Shown: positions 53,730 to 64,000 of the stretch, piece by piece
How the letters are laid out: every line of letters starts with the position of its first letter
Position numbering within the stretch: the first letter of the stretch is position 1
Assembly (NCBI RefSeq): GCF_009914755.1
Contig: NC_060935.1
Origin: the human T2T-CHM13v2.0 reference genome, Homo sapiens
DNA length: 64,000 nt
Direction: 5' to 3' (one strand)
Made by a program: the position numbers and the translations under genes
The notes under the pieces: model-generated
What the model saw: only the letters and a program-made list of their open reading frames with translations
Told to the model about the DNA's origin: nothing
Databases searched by the model: none

Positions 53730-54249
53730 AATCCCAATCAAAATTGCAGAAGGCATTTTTTTAGAAGTCGACAGCCTGTTTTTAAAACTTAAATAGAATA
53801 CACAAAGGTGCCAAGAACTTACAATGGGGAAAGGACAATCTCTTCAATAAGTGGTTGGGAAGGCTGGATATCCACATGCAGAAGACTAGAATCAGACCTT
53901 TATCTCACACCATACACAAAAATCAACTCAAAGTGGATTAAAGACTTAAACTTAAGACCTGGAACTGTAAACCTACTAGAAGAAAATATAGAGGATGAGC
54001 TCCAAGACATTGATCTGGGCAATAATGTTTTTGAATATGGCCCCAAAAGCACAAGCAACAACAGCAAAAATAGACAAATGGGATTACATCAAACTGAAAA
54101 GCTTCTGCACAGCAAAGGAAACAATTAATAGACTAAAGGCAATGGGAGAAAATATTTGCAAATCATATATTTGTTTAGGGGTTCATATCCAAAATATGTA
54201 AAGAACTCAATAGCAAAAAGAACAAATAACTTGATTTTAAAATGGGCAA

Positions 54250-54833
54250 GGTTGTCCTTGTTCTCCAAGTGATGACTATCACCATGAGATGCAATTCTGG
54301 TTCTTAAAATTAAATATTCCCTTTGAAAGATAATATCTGGAAGGGAGGTTAAGTCATCTTTCACTTAGTGTATAACTATCTGATATGGTTTTGCTGTGTC
54401 CTCACCCAAATCTCATCTTGAATTGTAGTTCCCATAATCCCCACATGTTGTGGAAGGAACCCAGTGAGAGGTAATTGAATCACGGGAGTGGTTACCTCCA
54501 TGCTATTCTCGTGACAGTGAGTAAGCTCTCACATGATCAGATGGTTTTACAAAGGGCAGTTCTCCTGCACACTTTCTCTTGCCTGCCACCATGCCTTTGC
54601 TTCTCCTTTGCCTTCCGCCATGATTGTGAGGCCTCCTCAGCCATGTAGAACTGTGAGTCCCTTAAACCTCTTTTCTTTATAAATTACCCAGTCTTGGGTA
54701 TGTCTTTATTGGTGGCATGAGAATGGACTAATACACCATCATCTTAGATTACCAACTAAGATACAAAATCACGTATTGTAAGTAGTCAATAAATGAACAC
54801 TTGTTTCAAGCTGAAGATTTAAATAAATAATAC
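54250..54833 (+). pseudogene. Short retroposed non-TE fragment (3'UTR retrocopy or orphan transduction), split by a THE1 LTR
   Basis: TSD aaatgggcaa at 54240-54249 and 54834-54843; AATAAA at 54788-54793; A-rich tail ~54814-54833. Confidence 0.6.
54381..54735 (+). mobile_element. THE1C/D solo LTR
   Basis: 'tgatatggtt...ggactaataca'; TSD ctatc/ccatc. Confidence 0.93.
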
Positions 54834-55981
54834 AAATGGGCAAAGGACATAAATAGTTATTTCTCTAAAAATGACACACAAATAGCCAACAGACATATGA
54901 AAAAATGCTCAATATCACTTATCACCACAGAAACACAAATTAAGACTGCAATGAGATGTCACCTTACACTTGTTAGAATGGCTATTATAAAAAAGACAAA
55001 CTATAACAAGTGTTGAAGAGGATGTGGAGAAAAGGGAACTCATATACTGTTGGTATGTATATAAACTGCTGCAGCCATTATGGAAAACAGTGTGGAAGTT
55101 CCTCAAAAAAATAAATGCAGAACTACTATATGACCCAGCAATCCCACTACTGGGTATATATCCAAAGGAAATGAAATCAATATGTCAAAGACATATCTGC
55201 ACTCTCATGTTCACTGCAGTGTTATTCACAATAGCCAAGATAAGAAATCATCCTACATGTCCATCAATGGATGAATGAATAAAGAAAATGTGGTACATAT
55301 AAACAATGGAAAACTATTCAGCCATTAAAAAAAGAATGAAAACATGTTATTGTGACAATAATCATCAACCAGGAGGACATTATGTTAAGTAAAATAAGCC
55401 AGGCACAGAAAAACAAATATCACATAATCTTATCTATAATGGAATCTTTAAAAGGCAAACTCATAGAAGCAGAGGGTAGAATAATGGTTACCTCTAGAGG
55501 CTGGAGGATTAGGGAGATATTGGTCAAAGAATACAAAATTTCAGTTAGATAGGAGGAATAAATTCAAGAGATCTACTGTATATCGTGGTGACTATGGTCA
55601 ATAAAAATAAATATGATTCTAAAAAGTTGCGAAGAAAGTAGATTTTAAATGTTCTCTTCACAAAAATGATAAATATGCAAGGCAATGCATGCGTTAATTA
55701 GCTTGATGTAGCCATTCTACATGTATACATATATCAAAATCTATTATATACCATAAATATATACAATTTTAGTTTATCAACTAAATAAATAAAAATGGAA
55801 AGGCAAAGGGCGTAGAATAGCCACAAGTCTTATCAAAAAAAAGTTTTATATCATAGGGCTTAAATTATCTGATTTCAAGACTTATTATAAAGTTACAGTA
55901 ATCAAGGCAGTATGGTACCAATGTAAGGATAGACAAAAAGATCAACGGAACCGTCTAAAAGAGATAGAAATAGACCTACAT

Positions 55982-56529
<548 letters not shown>

Positions 56530-57548
56530 TCAACACAGGTATGAAAGCAGTTCAATGAGGAAAGAAAAGACTTTTCAATGAATGAAACAACTGTATAACC
56601 ATTTAAAAAAACTACACCATATACAATGATTAATTCAAGATACAAACTAGAATTAAATGTAAAAGCTAAAATAATAAAACTACTAGAAGAAAACTTAAGA
56701 AAATATCTTTATGACCTAGGGACAGGCAAATTTTTCCTACATAGAACATAAAATGCACTATATACTTTTAAAAATCGACAAGTTGGACTCTGCCAAAACT
56801 AATATCTCCTGCTCATCATCAAAAGACACAACGAAGAAAGAGAAAAGGCAAGTCACAGACTGAGAGAAAATATTTGCAAAACATATCCGACAAAGCAATG
56901 GTTTCCAAATTACATAAAGAACTTCTACAAATCAATAGCAAAAAAGACTCAATAAAAAGAGTAAAATGCTTCAAAATAAACATTACAAAAGAACATATAT
57001 AATTGGCTAATAAGCACATGAAAAGATGCACGACATCATTAGTCATTAGATAAATTAAAATTAAAACCATAATGAGATATCACTCCATACCCATTAGAAT
57101 GACTAAAATTAAAAAGACATAATAACAATTGCTAGTGAGGATACAGAGCAACTGGACACAATTATGGAGCAAGTAATACATTGCTGGTGGATTCTTAATC
57201 ATACAACACTTTGGAAAAACAGTTGCTGATTTCTTATATTGTGAGCCAACTATTCTAATTCTAGGTATTCACCCACGTAAATGAAACCATCGTACAACAA
57301 TGTTTATAGCAGCTTTGTGCAACAATAAACATTATAAAACAATATAGACAGTAGCTTTGTTCTTTATAGCTCCAAACTAGTATAATCCAAATCCATCAAC
57401 AGATGAATAAATAAGCTATGGTATATCTATTATGGAATACAACTCAGAAATTAAAAGAAATTATGCACTCAAGAACACTTACGAATCTCAAAATTTATGC
57501 CAAATACAAGAAGTCAGATACAAAAGAGTACATTCCATATGATCCCAA

Positions 57549-59816
57549 TGATATGGTATGGCTCTGTGTCCCCACCCAAATCTCATTTTGAATTATACTC
57601 CCATAATTCCCATATGTTGTAGGAGGGACCGATGGGAGATAATTTGAATCATGGGGGTGGTTCCCCCATATTGTTCTGATGGTAGTGAATAAGCCTCATG
57701 AGATCTGATGGGTTTATCAGGGGTTTCTGCTTTTGCATCTTCCTCATTTTCTCTTGCTGTCACCAGGTAAGAGTGCCTTTTGCCTCCCACCATGATTCTG
57801 AAGCCTCCCCGGCCACGTGGAACTGTAAGTGCAATTAAACTTCTTTTTCTTCCCAGTCTCAGGTATGTCTTTATCAGCAGCATGAAAATGGACAAATACA
57901 ATAAATTGGTACTGGGAGTGGGCCATTGCTGAGAAGATACCTGAAAATGTGGAAGCGACATTGCAACTGGGTAACAGGCAGAGGTTGGAACAGTTTGGAG
58001 GGCTCAGAAGAAGACAGGAAAATGTGGGAAAGTTTGGAACTTCCTAAAGACTGGTTGAATGGCTTTAATACAAATGCTGATAGTGACATGAACAATTAGG
58101 TCCAGGCTGAGGTGTTTCAGATGGAGATGAGGAACTCATTGGGAACTGAAGCAAAGATGACTCTTGTTATATTTCAGGCCGGCAGCATTTTGCCCCTGCT
58201 CTAGAGATTTGTGGAACTTCAAACTTGAGAGAGATAATTTAGGGTATCTGGCAGAAAAAATTTCTAAACAGCAAAGCATTCAAGAGGTGACTTAGGTGCT
58301 GTTAAAAGCATTCACTTTTAAAAGGGAAACAGAGCATAAAAGTTTAGAAAATTTGCAGCCTGACAATGCGATAGAAAAGAAAAACCCATTTTCTGAGAAG
58401 AAATTAAAGCCGGCTGCAGGAAGTTGCATAAGTAATGGGGACCCAAATGTTAATCCCCAAGAAAGTGGGGAAAATGTCTCCAGGGCACGTCAGAGGTCTT
58501 CACGGCAGCCCCTCCCATCACAGGCCCAGAAGCCTAGGAGAAAATGGTTTCATGGGCTGGGCCCAGGGTCCCAGTGCTGTGTGCAGCCTAGGAACTTGCC
58601 CTGCATCCCAGCTGCACCAGCCGTGGCTGAAGGGGCCCAAATGTAGAGCTCAGGCTGTGGCTTCAGAGGGTGCATGCCCCCAAGCCTTGGCAGCTTCCAC
58701 ATGGTGTTGAGCCTGCAAGTATATAGGAGTAAAGAATTGAGGTTTGGGAACCTCCATCTAGATTTCAGAAGATGTATGGAAATGCCTGGATGCCCAGGCA
58801 GAAGTTTGCTACAGGGGCGGGATGCTCATGGAGAACTTCTGCTGGGGCAGTGTGGAAGGGAAATGTGGGGTTGGAGCCCCCACACAGAGTCCCTACTGGG
58901 GCACTGCCTAGTGGAGCTGTGAGAAGAGAACCACCATCCTCCAGACCCCAGAATGGTAGATCCACCTACAGGTTGCACCGTCCACCTGGAAAAGCCACAG
59001 ATGCTCAATGCCAGCCCATGAAAGCAGCTGGGAGAGAGGCTATACCCTGCAAAGCCAAGAGGTAGAGCTTCCCAAGATCATGGGAACCCACCTCTTGCAT
59101 CAGCGTGACCTGGATATGAGATCTAGAGTCAAAGGAAATCATTTTGGATCTTTAAAATTTGACTGCCCTGCTGTATTTCAGACTTGCATGGGCCCTGTAA
59201 CCCCTTTGTTTTGGCCAATTTCTGCCATTTGGAACGGCTGTATTTACCCAATACCTGTATCCCCATTGTATCTAGGAAGTTACTAGCTTACTTTTGATTT
59301 TACAGGCTCACAGGTGGAAGGGACTTGCCTTGTCTCAGATAAGATTTTGGACTGTGGACTTTTGAGTTAATGCTGAAATGAGTTAAGACTTTAGGGAACT
59401 GTTGGGAAGGCATGACTGGTTTTGAAATATGAGTACATGAGATTTGGAGAGGCCAGGGGCAGAATGATATGGTTTGGCTCTGTGTCCCCACCCAAATCTC
59501 ATCTTGAATTGTACTACCATAATTCCCATGTGTTGTGGGAGGGACCTGGTGGGAGATAATTTGAATCATGTGGGCGGTTTTCCCCATACTGTTCTGGTGG
59601 TAGTGAATAAGTCTCATGAGATCTGAAGGGTTTATCAGAGGTTTCCACTTTTGCATCTTCCTCATTTTCTCTTGCCGCCTGTCGCCTGTAAGAAGTGCCT
59701 TTTGCCTCCCACCATGATTCTGAGGCCTCCCCAGCCATGTGGAACTATAAATTAAACTTCATTTCATCCCAATCTCGGGTATGTCTCTATTGGCAGCATG
59801 AAAATGGACTAATACA
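57549..59816 (+). mobile_element. Full-length THE1 (THE1A/B) MaLR provirus: LTR 57549-57900, internal 57901-59464, LTR 59465-59816
   Basis: Two direct ~352-bp LTRs; internal start 'taaattggtactgggagtggg'; purine-rich PPT before the 3' LTR; TSD cccaa/cccat. Confidence 0.96.
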
Positions 59817-60053
59817 CCCATTTACACGATGTTTGAAACCGGCAAAACTAAGCTATGGTGATAGATACTAGAATGCTGTTTACCTGTGGGGTAGAGTAGC
59901 AGTCTGTCTGGAAAGGAGGATGAAAGAAATTTCTAGAGTGATAGAATTTTTTTCCAATCTTGATTAGTATTTTTTTGTACAGTATGAATTTGTCAAAATC
60001 TTCCAACTGTACACATAATATATTTTAGAGTAAGTAAATTATGCCTCAAGAAA

Positions 60054-62744
60054 GGTACTGCATTAGAAACAAAAAATAAAACTAATACATCTAAAAATTA
60101 ATTATTTGAAAAAATGAACATAATAAACAGTGTACTAGCTAACATATTAATAATTGAGGAGACCTGGGGGAAACCATGCACATAAACTTAGAAATGACAA
60201 GAAGGAAATAATCATCAAAGCTTAGCAATTTTTTAAAAATCATAAGAGTCTACTTTGTAAAATTATTTGCAAATAAATTTGAAAAAGTAGGTGAAGTTAA
60301 TAATTTTCTAGAAAAACATAACTTATCAAATTCAACCCCAGTAGAAACAGAGAGTCTAACATGTAAAATAAGAAAAAATAGAGGAAGTAGTATAGAAACT
60401 TCCCACAAAAATGCACAAGGCTCAGATTGTTTCTTGGAAAAATTTTATTTCTAAAAATCATTTTATAAAATGAGTGTGGCCAGGCACAGTAGCACACACC
60501 TGTATTCCCAGTGCTTTGGGAGGCTGAGGCAGGTGGATCACTTGACCCCAGGAGTTCAAGACAAGCCTGAGCAAAATAATAAAGCCATCTCTACAAAAAA
60601 TACAAAAATTAGCCAGGTGGGGTGGCACACACCTGTACTCCCAGCTACTCAGGAGGCTGAGGTGGGAGGATCACTTGAACCTTGCAGGTCAAGCCTGCAG
60701 TGAGCAATGAATGTGCCACTGAACTGCAGCCTACGTGACAGAGTGAGACCCTATCTAAAAAAAAAAAGACTATTAAAAATATAAAATAACTGTAACATCA
60801 ATCTCAATATGAAAATGATTGTATCAACAAAATGAAACTACAGATTAATATCACTTATAAATAAATACCATAATAAAAATACTAATTAATTATTATCAAT
60901 CAGAATCCAATAGCACATTAGAAAATTCATCATGAGGAAGTAGTGTTTATTCCAAATCAAGGAAGAGCAATTCAGTATACTAAAATCCACTACTATTATT
61001 CATTACAGTAATAGAGCAAATTAATATAAGTATGTAACTAGAAGCTCCAAAAAGATTCAATGGAAAACTACTACAAACAAAAGAATTTAGTAAAGTAGTT
61101 TACAAAATCAATACACAAAAATCAGGAGTCTTCATATATACAAACAAAAATTTGTTTATGTTGGAAGAGAAGAACCCCTTGGTGAAAGCCAATAAAAATG
61201 AAATATCTAGGCATAAATTTAATAAGACATGTCCAAAACTTATATGAAGAAAAACTATAAAACAATTTAAAAACATACATGTGGAAAAATATACCATATT
61301 CTTGGACAGAAAGACTAATATCAAAGATTTCAGATCTCTCTAAATTAATTCATAAGCTTATAAAGTTTAATTTAATATAATTTTATATAATTCATAAACT
61401 TAATGTAATCCAATAAAAATATAACTAAGTTTCTATCTAGAGCTAGCTAAGTTTATTATAAAATTTATGTGGAAGAAGAGATAAGCAAGAAAAGTCAGTG
61501 GGGACAGGGAAGCTTAAAAAAATATCTTGGAGTTGTAGATATGTTAATTAGCTTGATATAACCACTCCACAAAGTATATATTCTCAGAACATCATATTGT
61601 ATCCCATAAAGTCATACAACTATTATTTGTCAACAGTTTGAAAAAAAAGAGAGGAAAAAATGAGAGAAGAATAGCCCTGTCAGATACGAAAACATATAAT
61701 GTCTCTGTAATTAAGAATGTAGTGTTGGCGCATGTATAGACCAATGGGAAAAAAATAAAAGATAATAATAAAATAAATAAAATAAAATAAAATAAATAAA
61801 AATAAAAGCTATCCTATACTAAATTTTGACATTTATATATTATATTATAAATATAATATTTATATATTATTTGGTATACTATAACTTTTATAATATATTA
61901 AACTAATATACTAATACTGTAACTATATTATAAAAGTAGAATCACTAATTAGTGGAGTAAATGGTGGTCTTTATAATCAAAGACATGGGGATAACTGAAT
62001 AGCCAGACGTGAAAAGATAAAATTATATTCATTTCCCACACCATACAACAAGTTAAATTCCAAGTGAATGAGAAAATTACACATATTAAATGAGTCCATA
62101 CAAGGATAGAAAAAAAACCAAGTCTGAATTATTCTGTAATTTGAGAGTGGGGAAAACTTTCCTACCTCTGTCTGACTCAATATCCACAAGCCACAAGAGG
62201 AAGATGGATGAATTTGCCTACATAAAAATAAGAACATAAAAAATAAACTTTTACCTACAAAAGTGCCATAAGGAAAGTAAAGGGACAAATGTCAAAATGG
62301 GGGAAATATTGCAACTTTTCCCATAGACAAAGAGTTAATATTTCTAATATACAAAGATTTTTTAAAAGATAAAGATCATTATAGAAGAAGGAAAAAAAGA
62401 CTATGGGTATGCACAGACTTGACTGAAAACAAAATACAAATGTCCCTCATTTATATAAAAAGATCTCAAATCTGCACATAACAAGAAAATGGCAAATTAA
62501 AAATATAGTGATCTACCATTTTTCGCCAATCAATGATGAAAATTTAAAAGGTTGGCAATACACTCTTTTGACAAGGCTTTGAGCAACAGGCACTCCTGTC
62601 ATTGCTGGAAGGAACAAGAAAGGTACAAGTCCTATGAAGGAGAATTTGGCAATACGTAGCAAAATAACATATGCACTGTGACCTTTTGATCCAGGAAGCC
62701 CACTTCCAGGAACCTGTCCTAAAGAAACACTGATAGAAAAGATA
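60054..62744 (+). mobile_element. Old L1 (L1MC4-like) ORF2 fragments with AT-rich low complexity at ~61750-61935
   Basis: 'ttatttgcaaataaatttgaaaaa...ttcaaccccagtagaaacagagagtct', 'caaaatcaatacacaaaaatcag'. Confidence 0.7.
60478..60767 (+). mobile_element. AluJ
   Basis: Both monomers and poly(A). Confidence 0.93.
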
Positions 62745-62755
62745 GGGATCAGTTC

Positions 62756-62765
62756 CAAGATGGCC
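62756..62765 (+). promoter_or_regulatory. YY1 site of the L1 internal promoter
   Basis: CAAGATGGCC at its canonical position near the L1 5' end. Confidence 0.8.
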
Positions 62766-62851
62766 AAATAGGAAGAGCTGCGGTCTGCAGCGCCCAGCTT
62801 GATCAACGCAGAAGACAGGTGATTTCTGCATTTCCATCTGAGGTACCTGGT

Positions 62852-63184
62852 TCATTTCATTGGGACTGGTTGGACAGGGGGTGCAGCCCACAGAGGGTGA
62901 GCTGAAGCAGGGCAGGGCATGGCCTTACCTGGGAAGCACAAGGGGTTGGGGGATTTCCCTTTCCTAGCCAAGGGATGCCATGATAGACTGTACCTGGAAA
63001 AACGGGACACTCCCACCCAAATACTACGCTTTTCCCAAGGTCTTAGCAACCGGCAGACAAGGAGATTCTCTCCCGTGCCTGGCTCTGCAGCTCTCACACC
63101 CACGGAGCCTTCCTCACTGCTAGCACAGCAGTCTGAGATTGAACTGTGAGGCGGCAGCCTGGCTGGGGGAGGGGCGTCCACCAT
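62852..63184 (-). CDS. L1 antisense ORF0 homologue, 110 aa, open
   Basis: MVDAPPPARLPPHSSISDCCAS...EKRSIWVGVSRFSR matches primate L1 ORF0 (MAGAPPPASLPP...SDCCAS); true ATG at 63184-63182. Expression unknown. Confidence 0.6.
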   Translation of the reverse strand: MVDAPPPARLPPHSSISDCCASSEEGSVGVRAAEPGTGENLLVCRLLRPWEKRSIWVGVSRFSRYSLSWHPLARKGKSPNPLCFPGKAMPCPASAHPLWAAPPVQPVPMK

Positions 63185-63779
63185 TGTTGAGGCTTTAGTA
63201 GGTAAACAAAGCAGCTGGGAAGCTCAAACTGGGCAGAGCCTGCCACAGATCAACAAGGCCTACTGCCTCTAGACTCCATCTCTGTGGGCAGGGCTTAGCT
63301 GAACAAAAGGCAGCAGACAATTCTGCAGACTTAAACGTCCCTGTCTGACAGCTCTGAAGACAGCAGTGGCTATCCCAACACAGCGTGTGAGCTCTAAGAA
63401 CAGACAGACTGCCTCCTCAAGTGGGTCCCTGACCCCATATAGCCTAACTGGGAGACACCTCCCAGTAGGGGCTGACTGACACCTCATATAGGCGGGTGCC
63501 CCTCTGGGACAAAGCTTCCAGAAGAAGGATCAGGCAGCAATATTTGCTGTTCTGCAATATTTGCTGTTCTGCAGCCTCTGCTGGTGACACCCAGGCAAAC
63601 AGGGTCTGGTGTGGACCTCCAGCAAACTCCAACAGATGTGCAGCTGAGGGACCTGACTGTTAGAAGGAAAACTAACAAACAGAAAGGAATAGCATCAACA
63701 TCAACAAAAAGGATATCTACACAAAACCCCATCTCTAGGTCACCAACATCAAAGACCAAAGGTAGAAAAAACCACAAAG

Positions 63780-64000
63780 ATGGGGAGAAAACAGAGCAGA
63801 AAAGCTGAAAATTCTAAAAATCAGAGCATCTCTTCCCCTCCAAAGGATCGCAGCTCCTCAGTAGCAATGGAACAAAGCTGGATGGAGAATGACTTTGACG
63901 AGTTGACAGAAGTAGGCTTCAGAAGGTCGGAAATAACAAACTTCTCCAAGCTAAAGGAGCATGTTCGAACCCATTGCAAGGAAGCTAAAAACCTTGAAAA
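63780..64000 (+). CDS. L1 ORF1p N-terminus (partial, open to the window edge)
   Basis: Manual translation MGRKQSRKAENSKNQSISSPPKDRSSSVAMEQSWMENDFDELTEVGFRR... with no stop in 73 codons. Confidence 0.75.
   Translation, partial: MGRKQSRKAENSKNQSISSPPKDRSSSVAMEQSWMENDFDELTEVGFRRSEITNFSKLKEHVRTHCKEAKNLE

Larger units (their letters stand above)
53801..55795 (+). mobile_element. L1MA-type 3' portion (ORF2 end and 3'UTR)
   Basis: ORF2 peptides 'YLTPYTKINSKWIKDLN' and 'LLYDPAIPLLGIYPKE'; 3'UTR 'acaaaatttcagttagataggaggaataaattcaagagatct'. Confidence 0.88.
62745..64000 (+). mobile_element. L1PA (L1PA5/6-like) 5' end: complete 5'UTR and start of ORF1, continuing beyond the window
   Basis: 'caagatggccaaatagga', typical L1PA 5'UTR of ~1035 nt, ORF1 ATG at 63780. 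Confidence 0.95.

Noticed and set aside
57874-59738. Multiple 60-120 aa ORFs in the THE1 region
   Set aside because: Fragments of the decayed THE1 internal region and LTRs; no continuous ORF.
63537-63573. Tandem gcaatatttgctgttct duplication
   Set aside because: As I recall, a normal feature of older L1PA 5'UTR consensus, not locus-specific.

Overview
Primate (very likely human) non-coding genomic DNA, judged from its Alu, THE1/MST, MER and L1PA content. I found no protein-coding exon, tRNA/rRNA/snRNA gene or CpG island that I can support. Nearly all ORFs in the track are repeat-derived or chance. The left 50 kb mixes unique sequence with old L2, MIR, MaLR, DNA-transposon, HAL1 and L1M fragments. 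The right 13.6 kb is a nested pile of L1, Alu and THE1 insertions ending in the 5' end of an L1PA element. Best leads: (1) a ~250-bp, ~90%-identical inverted repeat of apparently non-TE sequence at 3959-4206 / 5130-5387; (2) a TSD-flanked, polyadenylated, non-TE retroposed fragment hidden inside an L1MA (54250-54833); (3) an intact, C-terminally extended antisense ORF0 in the L1PA 5'UTR; (4) a palindrome-built 24-bp minisatellite with DM-domain/SOX-like sites; (5) strong + strand polarity of L1, Alu and LTR insertions, suggesting a host transcript on the minus strand. Repeat family names come from recalled consensus sequences, not a database run, so subfamily calls and the ends of old repeats are approximate. 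Nothing here proves a new biological system; the inverted repeat is the one structure not explained by known repeats.
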